Origin: Octopus sinensis
Lineage: Eukaryota
NCBI RefSeq assembly: GCF_006345805.1
Contig: NC_043009.1
Location: forward strand, 23,994,001 to 24,058,000
Length of the DNA: 64,000 bases
Direction: 5' to 3'
This document shows, one piece after another, positions 51,736-64,000 of this stretch. Every line of letters starts with the position of its first letter. Position 1 is the stretch's first letter. The notes beneath the pieces were generated by a model, which was not told the DNA's origin, did not search any database, and saw only the letters and a list, made by a program, of their open reading frames with translations. A program made the position numbers and the translations under genes.

Positions 51736-54700
51736 GTAAGTATTTTTCGTCTAATTGCCATTTTTAAATTTTCTTTGCAACATCTAAATTTAGCCTGCGA
51801 ATATTGCTGTTGCTGTAAGTTTGAGCGAATTAGACAATATCTTTGCTCATGTAAGTCTCGAAAGCTAAAATAACATGGGGGATTGGAAGAGTGGATGGAA
51901 CCTTTGGGCAGAAGAATATCGAGCGGTATTTGAGAAGAGATTAACATTAAAGGAGTTATAATGTAGCAAGGCTGGCAACATCGTTAGCACGAAGGGACGA
52001 AATGCGGCTAAGCATTTCGTCCGTCTCTACATTCTAAGTCCAAATTCTGCTGAGATCGATTTTGGCTTTCATCCTCTCAGGATTGATAAAATAAGTAGCA
52101 GTTGAGCACTGCTCTTAATGTAATCAATTTATTCCTTCCCCCAAATTGCTGGCTTTGTGTGAACATTTGAAAGTAATATTAAAAGACTCAGTAACCCATG
52201 CGCAATACCTAAATACAAGTCCCGAAAATTTCGTGCTTTGTTTATATGTGAGTAAGTACAACTTTCGTTACTGGTTTAAACAGTCGTAATATGGTTACTG
52301 TGGAGGCGCGTGGATTAGTGGTTAGGGTGTCAGCATCATGATCGTAAGATTGTGGTTTCGATTCCTAGACCGGGCGACGCGTTTTGTTCTTGAGCGAAAT
52401 ACTTCACTTCACGTTGCTCCAGTCCACTCAGCTGGCAACAATGAGTAACACTGCGATAGACCGGCGTCCCGTCCAGCTGGGGAACACATACGCCTTTGAA
52501 ACCGGGAAACCGGGACCATGAGCCTGGCTAGGCGTTAAAAGGGCGCATTTATTATTAATATGGTTACTACTTATCATTCCAGATTTCCTAAAGAATCTCG
52601 TTATCTCGTTATCTCCTTCCTGTTCACCTTAATTTCATTCTTCCTGTTTCTTTACCTGTAGTTTAGTTCCACTTTTTTATTTGTTTCTATCATGCATCAT
52701 CTTTCACTCTCTTAATCGCGTGTTCTTAATCGTTTAGTCTGTTTTGCTTCCTTTTCTTCATCCATTCCCTCCTTCCTTCTTTCTTTAATTCCTTTCATTT
52801 CTTTCTTTTATTTCCTTCCTACCTTTCACCTTTTCTACCGGTCAGTCTCTCACTTTCTTACATTCCTATTTAAATTCTAGAAAACGCAAGATTAAAAATA
52901 ATAATAACAATTGAATTATATGTAGTAAGTAATAATTAAAATCAAACTAAAGTATAATATAATTGTAACATAACAAAAGTAAAAATAGCAATTGGTATAA
53001 AATTGCATCAATGATTTGAACATGAATAAGTGGTTTCACATGAATGGGAATAAATTAAAAATAAAATTAGCGTGCAGAAATGGAATAGTCCAGATGGATA
53101 ATAAAAAATTAAATTAAAGAAAAGACTATTGTCTATAAAGTATACAATGTAGAGGAAAAAGAAAATTTGAATACATGGAGGAAAACACCTTCGAAAAGTG
53201 TCTTGGTGCGACTATGAAAGATATCTAATCAGAGGTAGTAAATTGGCCAGTAAATTGGCCACAATAGAAGCAAGGTTCGAGTCAACGGAGCGTGCAAGGG
53301 AGTACTGGACTCGAACTTGCAAAGTGGAAATATTCCATTTTTACCTATATATCTGGGATGTAGGACGTCCCGGAAAAAAATTTTAAATGCCCCCCCCCCA
53401 CGAAGTAGAGGTAGGCTGGATTGTATCAACACTTCTATACAAGAGGGAGGACAAAATACAATTGATCGAAATTGCAAGAGACGGGCCTACAATTCCAGTC
53501 TGTTATATATTTTGAGTATTGTTATCATTAGCGATATCAAGATATAACTTTGTATTTTGTATTTTACGTGTAGATGTATATATATATATATATAGATGTA
53601 CATGTAATATGTACACATATATATACACATATATACATGCACTAGTATTATGGCCCGGCAACGACGGGTCTTTAATGCTAGTGTATTTATATATTTTGCT
53701 ATCTTAGTATTCATAACGGAATCAGTTGTGTTGCAATTAAGAAAGCAAGGGGAGCGAATTCTTCCCACGGGCACATTTTTCAAACCTTATCAAAAATTGT
53801 CTTATCAAAAATTTTCCTAACTCTTTGCTTACCTATATTAGTAATAGTAAGTTTTATACGTAATGGTATAGTTACTGAAACATGAAATTAATGACTGCAG
53901 AAAAAAAAAACTGAATTCATTATGACTAATGAAGTATTCCGCATAATATAAGAAATGAGTTAGAAATTGCTTGGTATATGTGACGGTACCTTTCTTTTAT
54001 GAGCTCGCCCCCCTCTAAAAATACAAACTGGCTACACCTCGGAACGGAAGTGATTGTAACTTCTTTTGCAGTACCATATCTAGAGGCTGCTCCCGATTCG
54101 AAAAGCTGGTTCTGATTATCGCATGGAATTCACATTTATCTGAATTTTGAAATTCATAAGACTGTTCGGCACCAAGGCAAGTGTCTTTCGCTCAATCCCT
54201 GGGGTGATCAAAGCCTTGTGAGTGGTTTTGTTAGAGAGAAACTGAAAGGCGCCCATTACTATTTTAGTGTCTCTTATCAATCCCCTACAGCGAGGCTGTG
54301 TGGATGCTTTAACATTTTATTTGATTACAGCAGCTTTAGTTTAGAATTAAGAGTCGTGTAAGCAACAAAACATCAAAGTCGACATAGCTTAAAAGAAAGC
54401 AAATGAGACAAGGTATCGTTGTTTCATGCACCGATTCTCACATCTCGCACCGATCGAGTCACTCACATATAACTCTGCCTTTCTGTCTACATGTGGATGT
54501 ACGTGGCTTAGTGGTAAGAGTATTGCACTCATGATCAGTGATTGCGGTTTCGATTTCTAGACAGGGCGATGAATTGTGTTCTTCAGCAAAACACTTCATT
54601 TCCCAAGCTCTCGTCCACTTAGCTGGCAAAAGTAAGTAATTCTGCGACGGAACAGCGTCGCGCCTCGGTCTTGGGTGAAGAGATATATATACGATATATT

Positions 54701-55380
54701 GTTTGTTCTTTCTCGAGCCATGCATGGCTCATAAGGGTCGGTTTCCCGGTTTCCTTGGCGTATAGGTTCCCCACCTGGACGGGACGCCGGTCCGTCGCAA
54801 GTGAGCTGCATGATGTAGGAGCAAAGAGTGAGAGAGTTTGTGGCGAAAGAGCCATTACCTTCTGCCGGAGCCGCGTAGAGCTTAGGTGTTTCGCTCATAA
54901 ACACACACATCACCCGGTCTGAGATTCAAACCCGCAATCCCTCGACCGCGAGTTCACTGCTCTAACCACTAGGTCATGTGCCTCCACATATACGATATAT
55001 ACCCCTCAGTATTTTTGAAGCACTGCAGTTCATTGTATCAACTGAAAATTGCTGTCCTTGTGGATAAATCTGCGACTGTTATAAGGCGATGTATTTTCAA
55101 AATCATCTTAAGTTCGATCAAATTCATTAGACGTAAGTTTTCTAGGATTTTGCGTCTTGGGTTCAAATTCTGTACTTCGTCGCTTTCGGGATCTACAGAA
55201 TAAAATGCCTGTTAAGAATTAGGGACAGTATAACCGACTAACACCGTGTAGAGTTTTACCCATGTGATGTTGTTCGTAAAATCCCTTATTATTTCTATGA
55301 TTAATGACTAAAACGTAATATAAATGTTATTTATTCCAACTAAATGAAAAAAACATAACGTAAACAATTTCTTTTTTCAG

Positions 55381-55464
55381 TATGTGTTCGTATGGCAGCT
55401 TTTGAATATATGTTGCAATTCAGCATAGAATTAGGTGGTTTTGTTCTTATACATAGAACTTACC
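55381..55464 (+). CDS. Paralog g3 exon 3 (LCVRMAAFEYMLQFSIELGGFVLIHRTY)
   Basis: ttttttcag| acceptor, TAC C|gtgagt donor, 84 nt. Confidence 0.88.
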
Positions 55465-55665
55465 GTGAGTATCTTTCATGATATTAATAAAATAATCATA
55501 GATTTATTTATATTTTGTTTTTGTAGCAAACTGGTTTGTTTACCCGCTTTGTTGTAGCGTTATCTTATTTTTAAAAGGAATTATTTTGAGGTTCATTACA
55601 GAATTCATGGCAGACAGTTTCTCTTTCTCATCGAAGCTGGAGGCTTGCTACCTTCATTTCTCTCT

Positions 55666-55741
<76 letters not shown>

Positions 55742-56337
55742 GTTTCTCCAGAATAGTGCAAGGAGTTAAAATATTCTGACATTGTTTTTCTCTTTCACTG
55801 AGATCTATCGTCACTGCTTGGATTAATGCTTTCGTATGCAGCAATTTAAAAGCTGATTAAAACATTTGCTTTCCTCTTTCTTATCAACTTGAGACACATT
55901 CAAATTGGCTTTCTACGTTAGAGTTACTGTAATTAGGTTCAGAATAGCAACAATAATTATGATGGGGTTGTCAGCGACTAAACCAGCAACCCCACCAAGT
56001 TTGTTTGGGGAGAAAGTCGATGTTTCGATCCATTGCAAGTTGAAAAACTAAACCGGTCAACGGTTGGAGGAACACATAAGAATTAACGGCCATTCAACTG
56101 AGAGTATATGTTACTTGATGAAAACTCTCCGATCCTTGGTCGGCATGATGTTGCCACGATAAAATTATTGGTGATTGCAAAAGCTTATAAATGCTACTTG
56201 AAAGTGAGTGAAAATGTCAAATCCAAGTAGCCAGAATAACTACGTAAACGGGGCCTGAACTATCAACGGTGAAGATATTGTGTACAGCAGACATGGTTTT
56301 GGTAGACGGAAACTGAAAGAAGCCCGTCGTATATATG

Positions 56338-56370
<33 letters not shown>

Positions 56371-56800
56371 ATATATGTTTGTGTGTCTGTGTTTGTCTCC
56401 CCAACATCGTTTGACAACTGATGCTGGTGTGTTTACGTCCCCGTAACTTAGCGGTTCGGCAAAATAGACCGATAGAATAAGTACTAGGATTACAAAGGAT
56501 AAGTCCTGGGGTCGATTTGCTCGACTAAAGGCGGTGCTCCAGCATAGCCGCAGTCAAATGACTGAAACAAGTAAAAGAGTAAATGAGTAGATATAATTGT
56601 ATTAGGTATAAGTAACGTATGTATATAATGAATATGTGTGTGTGTGCATGAGTGTATAAGTGCGTATATGGGTGCATTCGTGCGCAAATGCTGCGTCTGC
56701 AAGCGTGGATGTGTGTGTCTGTGTGAGAGAGAGAGAGAGAGAGAGAGTAATTTCTTTGCAGTATTTTTTCTCTAATTGCCATATATTATTAAATTTACAG

Positions 56801-57120
56801 ATGGTACTTTCTCCAAAACCTACTCATTTCATTATGGAACTGTACATATACAGTTTAAATTTGTAGTGGAACGTATTAGCCATCGTCACCTCAAGGCATG
56901 CTTCAAAATATCATATGAAGTTCAATCTTACCATTTCTCAAAGTCTCTCGGCTGCATAAACAAACATTTTCCTGCTATTGAAAATATCCACGTGAACAGT
57001 ATATCGGATTTGAGTTCGAATGGTAAAATTTCTTTTGAGGCACAAGAATTTGAAACTGGAAATCTTAACAGTATGGAATACCTTGGTGAAGAAAACCAAA
57101 ACAAAAATGTTCTCATTTAG
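56801..57120 (+). CDS. Paralog g3 exon 4 (HGTFSKTYSFHYG...KACFKISYEVQSYHFSKSLGC...NKNVLI*); spliced CDS 726 nt = 241 aa
   Basis: tttacag| acceptor; continuous open frame across the four exons (103+219+84+320 nt). Confidence 0.88.
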
Positions 57121-57535
57121 ACCTAAAATACCGAGAAGAAGCGAGTGAATTAAAGATAGTATTTTCATTTGTTTGTATATGATTTGAAATAAAAATATAA
57201 AAAACTTGATATGAAATAATCTTTTGAACAAATATTAAGGCTTAAAATACATCAGAAAAGTGCACCTTGGGAAAAATATCAAGGAGGTATTTATCATATA
57301 TGTCCAGAGATCAAATCTTTTCTACTCTAGGCACCAGGCCCGAAATTTTGGTGGGAGGGGGCCAATCAATTAGGTACTTAATGTTTCGACCTCGAAAGGA
57401 CGAAAGGCCAGGTCGACCTCTTGATATCAAATAATAGTAAAATATTAATACAACTACAGAACAATAAATATTGTAACAAAAACCATATAAATCTAAATAA
57501 TAATTCGTGCGATTTTTAGAAACCAGTCTGTCTCT

Positions 57536-57541
57536 AATAAA
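57536..57541 (+). terminator. g3 candidate polyadenylation signal AATAAA
   Basis: Same context as in g1/g2, followed by a T-rich block and atcccaacaaa, which g2 shares. Confidence 0.5.
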
Positions 57542-58824
57542 GATTTGAAGAATTTACGTTTGCTTTTGTTGTTTTCATTTTATTCTATGATTTATTTCGG
57601 GATCTGTGTTGTAAGGTTAACATCCCAACAAACATTAAGATTTATGCAATATCTGGACAAAACAGGAAAATAAAAACACTAGGACAGCGATATTCTGTTA
57701 CTCTCTTTTACTCTCTTTTACTTGTTTCAGTCATGTGACTGTAGCCATGCTGGAGCAAAGCCTTTAGTGGAGCAAATCGACACCAGGTCTTATTCTTTGT
57801 AAGCCTAATACTTATTCTATCGGTCTCTTTGGCCGAACCGCTAAGTTACGGGGACGTAAACACACCAGCATCGGTTGTCAAGCGATGTTGAGGGGACAAA
57901 CATAAACACATAAACATATACACACACACACATATATATATATACATATATACGACGGGCTTCTTTCAGTTTCCGTCTACCAAATCCACTCACAAGGCTT
58001 TGGTCGGCCCGATGCTATAGTAGAAGACGCCCACATTCTAATCACATCTCCATAAGTGCTGGAATTATGTCCTTTCAATGTGAAGTAGCGGCTCGACCTA
58101 GACTCGTTGACCTCTCAGCTAGATACCCTGTCAAGTAACGTTATCCCACAGAAATTTGGGAGGAACCATATTTCGGCCACTTGAATTCCCGATCGGACAT
58201 TTACGGCTATTACCTCCAAAAGTTTATTATATATCGTTTACGAGCCATTTCATTACAGTTGATAGCATAAAGGTGTTTCACTACTGTTACAAAAACACTT
58301 CAATTTGTTTTAAAATAATTCTTGAGTCTGTGATATAAAACAGATCCAGAGAGTCGGATTATTGTTGCAAACATTCATAGGTTCTAATGGTGTAACTAAC
58401 TCAATGCCAATATATTCAAGTCTACGTATCACCAGAGTTAATGATTATAATATAATATATGAAATTATAATTGAGGATAACTACGATACCATCGTGTAAG
58501 AAATGGCAGTTAAAATTAATTTTTATTCTCATGCTGGGTACTTGATATGTTCGTTATTTTATATAACGGTCTTTATATACATATATATATATATAATAGA
58601 AATATTAAAATTACTAAGTCTCTCTAAAAGAGAACAACGGCAGCGTTCCCGGAAAATATTAGTTATCGCCATACTAATATGGCATTCTTATAAAAATAAG
58701 AATAAAGCTGTCCGCTTATTAGCTCCATGAGGCCATCGCCTTAAGTTAGCTATTTGATACACAAACTGTATCCATATAACCTTTGAACAAGGGAGGTCAG
58801 TCGCTCCACACTACTTGGCCGGCA

Positions 58825-58871
58825 GCTACAGACGCGTTTCGGGGTATTGCCCCTTTTCAATGCAGCGTAGC
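58825..58871 (-). ncRNA. Hammerhead-like motif with expanded core CTGCATTGAAAA, copy 1
   Basis: Minus strand gctacg-CTGCATTGAAAA-gggg(caata)cccc-GAAAC-GC-GTC-tgtagc. Confidence 0.65.
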
Positions 58872-59187
58872 CAGACCAGTAGGTGTCGCTTCTGACAATC
58901 TCTGCTCAAAGGTTTTATTTACCTAGCTTCGGTGGAATACATCCACTTGTTTTCAATAATAGAAATATTAAAATTACTAAGTCTCTCTAAAAGAGAACAA
59001 CGGCAGCGTTCTCGGGAAATATTAGTTATCGCCATACTAATATGGCATTCTTATAAAAATAAGAATAAAGCTGTCCGCTTATTAGCTCCATGAGGCCATC
59101 GCCTTAAGTTAGCTATTTGATACACAAACTGTATCCATATAACCTTTGAACAAGGGAGGTCAGTCGCTCCACACTACTTGGCCGGCA

Positions 59188-59234
59188 GCTACAGACGCGT
59201 TTCGGGGTATTGCCCCTTTTCAATGCAGCGTAGC
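59188..59234 (-). ncRNA. Hammerhead-like motif with expanded core, copy 2 (363 nt from copy 1)
   Basis: Identical to 58825-58871. Confidence 0.65.
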
Positions 59235-59318
59235 CAGACCATGGAGCTAATAAGCGGACAGCTTTATTCTTATTTTTATAAGAATGCCATATTAGTATGG
59301 CGATAACTAATATATATA

Positions 59319-59388
<70 letters not shown>

Positions 59389-59436
59389 ATATATATATAT
59401 GTATGTATATATATGTGTATATATATATGTATATAT

Positions 59437-59850
59437 ACTAGCTGACGTTCCCGGTAATTCCCGGGAAAGTGGGGATTATCCCCTGGTTCCGTTCTCATAA
59501 TTGTTTCGCTAATCCAATAACAACAAAATGAAGTATGTAGCCCTCAAAACGATTTTTGCGCATTTAAAGAGAACAGCGAACTGTCTTACACAGGATCTTG
59601 TTTTTAGAAATTCCCAATAAGTTATGAATACCTAAATTGTGAAGTCAGTTATGTTATAACATGAAATTTGTTACCCGATAGTAAGAATTCAAATAAAGTG
59701 GCCCCGAAAAGTGCCTTAATGCATTCCCAGAGTATACAAAACTTAGAAGGAAATACTAATATTTTATGTATACTTAAATTGTGAAGTATTTTACATAATC
59801 AGATATGGGATAATAACAATTCAAGGTAAATAACTCTGAAGATGGCTTTC
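59437..59850 (+). repeat. Interspersed repeat with an ACTAGCTGAC terminus (Helitron-like); paralogous copy at 63685-64000
   Basis: The two copies align nearly base for base up to the window end. Confidence 0.5.
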
Positions 59851-59897
59851 GTGCGTTACCAGACAATATTACCAGACAATATATATATAAATAGTTA

Positions 59898-60022
<125 letters not shown>

Positions 60023-60467
60023 ATATATATATATATATAGTTAGTGTATTCGGCACGCTATCGTAGGGTTGCGAGTTCGGTTGACGGTAGCCCGTCGTGT
60101 CCTTGTGCAAGACACTTTATTTCACGGTGCTCCGGTCCAGTCAGCTGGCAAAAATGAGTTCTACCTGTATTTCAAGGAGCTAGACGTATTACATTCTCTG
60201 TCACGCTGAATCCCTTTGAGAAGTATGTGAAGGGGTACGCGTGTATGCGGAGTGCTCAGCCATTTGCGTGTTAATCTCACGGGGCAAGCTGTTCTGTTGA
60301 TCGGTTCAGCTGGAACCCTCGTTGTAGTAAATGACGAAGTACCATTTTATACGTATTATAAGGGAATAGTTAGTACGAAGCATTGTGTGGAATATAGTTA
60401 AATAATATTTAATCTCGAATAACTTGTGTGTGTGTGTATGTATATATATATTATATATATATATATA

Positions 60468-60515
<48 letters not shown>

Positions 60516-60821
60516 GAGAGAGAGAGGGGATTATGTGAGAGAGAAAGAGATACACGCACACACTTAAATCGTCTTGATAAGAACACGGATCTGAATGTTG
60601 TTTTCATTCTCATAGACACAGCATTGTTTTACAATGAATAACATATAAATGAATATCCTTGTTTTTTTATGATTCTGTAAGGAGCAACTCTCACACAAGA
60701 GTCATAAAGCGTTTATTTTTTCCTTGCATTTTTCCGGTACAATCCGAAAGATTTTCCATTGAACATAGAAATAGACCTTCTTATGCATACATACACACGC
60801 ATACATACATACATACATACA

Positions 60822-60927
<106 letters not shown>

Positions 60928-61020
60928 ATCCTCCTTCTTCCATTTTCCTGAGCGCCTAATAATAATAATACTGTAATTGTTCCATGTGTTGTTGTTTTTT
61001 CTGTTTTCCCGTTTGGATTA

Positions 61021-61063
<43 letters not shown>

Positions 61064-61158
61064 TGAGGGCGGAAAATTGGATATTAATCTGATAACATCG
61101 ATTTAACACCAGTGGTGTAGCATATTAAAAAAACTGAAGGTTCAGTAAATTGCATTCC

Positions 61159-61233
<75 letters not shown>

Positions 61234-61782
61234 TATATATAATATATATGTATAAGAAGGTCTTTTTACATTCTCTCTTTTGATTTCCAATTGTTCCATT
61301 CTGTTTAAGAGCGTAAGCTCGAAGCATAAGTCTCACCTTCTCGAGCGTTAAACTAAAACACCTATTTATTATTTACACATCTGCCTTCGTCTTCTGTTTT
61401 TTTTTTGTAAATTCCAACTATACACACACACATATATGTATACGCTTTTGAAAAGCAGTAAAAATATCACGGAAATTGTTACTCAGAGTTTCACATTCCC
61501 GTTCGTCGTACAGTTTTGTTTAGAAGGGAACAAAAATAAGGTTATAAGAAACAATTTACAATTAGTTTAATAGATACACATTTGAAAATGGTTTTGTTTC
61601 ATTGGTCCTTTCAAGTAACTATCTCGTTCATGACAGTTGTATGCAATGAACAAATTGCGGTATATAATATTCTTACTATAAAAGCGTTATCTTATTTTTA
61701 AAAGGAATTATTTTGAGGTTCTTTACAGAATTCATGGCAGACAGTTTCTCTTTCTCATCGAAGCTGGAGGCTTGCTACCTTC

Positions 61783-61872
<90 letters not shown>

Positions 61873-62126
61873 CTCCAGAATAGTGCAAGGAGGTAAAATA
61901 GTCTGACATTGTTTTTCTCTTTCACTGAGATCTATCGTCACTGCTTGGATTAATGCTTTCGTATGCAGCAATTTAGAAGCTAATTCCTTAAAACATTTGC
62001 TTTTCTCCTTATCAACTTGAGACGTTTGTTTGTATGCCTATATAGACGCATTCAAATTGGCTTTCTAGGTTCAGAATAGCAACAATAATTATGATGGGGT
62101 TGTCAGCGACTAAACCATATATACAC

Positions 62127-62177
<51 letters not shown>

Positions 62178-62803
62178 TACGACGGGCTTCTTTTAGTTTC
62201 CATCTACCAAATCCACTCACAAGGCTTTGGTCGGCCCGATGCTATAGTAGAAGACGCCCACATTCTAATCACATCTCCATAAGTGCTGGAATTTGTCCTT
62301 TAATGTGAAGTAGCGGCTCGACCTAGACTCGTTGACCTCTCAGCTAGATACCCTGTCAAGTACGTTATCCCACAGAATTTGGGAGGAACCATATTTCGGC
62401 CACTTGAATTCCCGATCGGACATTTACGGCTATTACCTCCAAAAGTGTTATTATATATCGCTTACGAGCCATTCATCATTACAGTTGATAGCATAAAGGT
62501 GTTTCACTACTGTTAACAAAACACTTCAATTTGTTTTAAAATAATTCTTGAGTCTGTGATATAAAACGGATCCAGAGAGTCGGATTATTGTTGCAAACAT
62601 TCATAGGTTCTAATGGTGTAACTAACTCAATGCCAATATATTCAAATCTACGTATCACCAGAGTTAATGATTATAATATAATATATGAAATTATAATTGA
62701 GGATAACTACGATACCATCGTGTAAGAAATGGCAGTTAAAATAAGTTTTTTATTCTCATGCTGGGTACTTGATATGTTCGTTGTTTTATATAACGGTCTT
62801 TAT

Positions 62804-62867
<64 letters not shown>

Positions 62868-63012
62868 AAAGCAATTAAGATTCAAGTCAATTCTAATGAA
62901 TTCACTTGAATATGGTACTTAACTTAGATGCACCAGAAAACTATATGGTGTTAACCAATACAGTAGTGTGGGGTGATTATAAACGAGAAAAGAAGCAACA
63001 AGAATGGATTAG

Positions 63013-63105
63013 TTTTTAGTACAATTGTTTCATACAAAGACAGGCTTTATTAAAAGTTGCAAATATTGCAGCAGATAAAAGTGTCCCGTACTCATCAGCT
63101 AAAAT
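63013..63105 (-). ncRNA. Type I hammerhead motif, inverted copy
   Basis: Reverse complement of 63492-63582 apart from a 1-nt indel in the stem II loop. Confidence 0.75.
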
Positions 63106-63491
63106 ACATATGAGTTCTCTAAACATCTTAGTGGGTGAGGCTACACTCATGAAGTATTGGAGATAATTTCATTATTTCAGTAATGTGGCAAATACCTTAT
63201 AATATAGCATGAAATTATACCCACCTCATTGTGGATTAACCATGGATAAATTCATCGTCTGTGAGTATGAAATACCTCCTCATATCTCTGGAAATTTACA
63301 CCTACACTATGGATGGATTAAACTTCTCTGTGAAACTAATAAGCTTTTTTAAAACCTGTGATAAGACTGTGCATCATCATTAAAGAACTTTGGAAGTCTG
63401 TTTACAACCTGAATCTGCTTTTAATGAAATTATCTCCAATACTTCATGAGTGTAGCCTAACCCACTAAGATGTTTAGAGAACTCATATGTA

Positions 63492-63582
63492 TTTTAGCTG
63501 ATGAGTACGGGACACTTTTATCTGCTGCAATATTTGCAACTTTTAATAAAGCCTGTCTTTGTATGAAACAATTGTACTAAAA
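63492..63582 (+). ncRNA. Type I hammerhead motif (canonical)
   Basis: ttttag-CTGATGA-gtacgggaca...tgtctttgtat-GAAAC-AATT-GTA-ctaaaa; 6-bp stem I, palindromic CAATTG stem III. Confidence 0.8.
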
Positions 63583-64000
63583 ACTAATCCATTCTTGTTG
63601 CTTCTTTTCTCGTATATATATATATATAATATATATATATATATATACGTAAGTATGTATATATATGTATATATATGTATATATACTAGCTGACATTCCC
63701 GGGAATTCCCGGGAAAGTGGGGATTATCCCCTGGTTCCGTTCTCATAATTGTTTCGGTAATCCAATAACAACAATATGAAATATGTAGCCCTCAAAACGA
63801 TTTTTGCGCATTTAAAGAGAACAGCGAACTATCTTACACATGATCTTGTTTTTAGGAATTCCCAATAAGTTATGAATACCTAAATTGTGAAGTCAGTTAT
63901 GTTATAACATGAAATTTGTTACCCGATAGTAAGAATTCAAATAAAGTAGCCCCGAAAATAGCTTTAATGCATTCCCAGAGTATACAGAACTTAGAAGGAA

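Larger units (their letters stand above)
58593..59311 (-). mobile_element. 363-nt partial tandem HHR element with an inverted tail
   Basis: Unit 58593-58955 is repeated at 58956-59240, followed by a ~70-nt inverted segment (59241-59311); (TA)n on both sides. Confidence 0.85.
62864..63612. mobile_element. HHR element with ~190-bp inverted arms
   Basis: Arms 62984-63174 / 63422-63612; the start (gcaattaagattca...gcacc) resembles 13128-13180; (TA)n on both sides. Confidence 0.8.
61683..64000 (+). repeat. Local duplicate of g3 intron 3/3' flank (55556-55985 joined to ~57911-59752+)
   Basis: Collinear high-identity blocks; lacks the ~1.9 kb that contains g3 exon 4. Confidence 0.85.

Noticed and set aside
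58593-59240. CRISPR-like or satellite interpretation of the direct repeats
   Set aside because: Units are hundreds of bp with under two copies and no spacer pattern, in a eukaryotic context.

Overview
AT-rich, microsatellite-dense animal genomic DNA. The SINE families present match my recollection of Octopus tRNA-derived SINEs, so an octopus source is inferred, not proven. Two main signals. (1) A tandem cluster of three paralogous, same-strand, 4-exon genes (g1 ~5389/5437-18074, g2 27216-39551, g3 47176-57120). All introns are phase 1 and exon 3 is 84 nt in each. They encode ~240-250 aa secreted precursors: signal peptide, acidic pro-region, ~105 aa Cys-containing beta-rich core resembling a Cys-reduced DUF4773 domain, then a mostly acidic tail. 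g1 lost one Cys pair in concert. g2 exon 1 carries a +1 shift and a GC donor that a shifted donor/acceptor pair can rescue. g1 and g3 each truncated the tail independently. (2) At least 8 mutually dissimilar small repeat elements, nearly all inserted in or beside (TA)n tracts, each carry a minimal type I hammerhead ribozyme (HHR) motif with a short palindromic stem III. They occur as partial tandems (about 350, 363 and 580 nt cleavage-to-cleavage) and/or long inverted repeats, like Penelope-like element (PLE) pLTRs or retrozymes. One family has an unusual expanded core (CUGCAUUGAAAA). Two different HHR families inserted independently into the same (TA)n site of a local duplication. The rest is SINEs, R4/Dong-like LINE pieces in (TAA)n, RTE, Tc1/mariner, hAT, Helitron and piggyBac-like remnants, and simple repeats. 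All alignments and RNA folds were done by eye.
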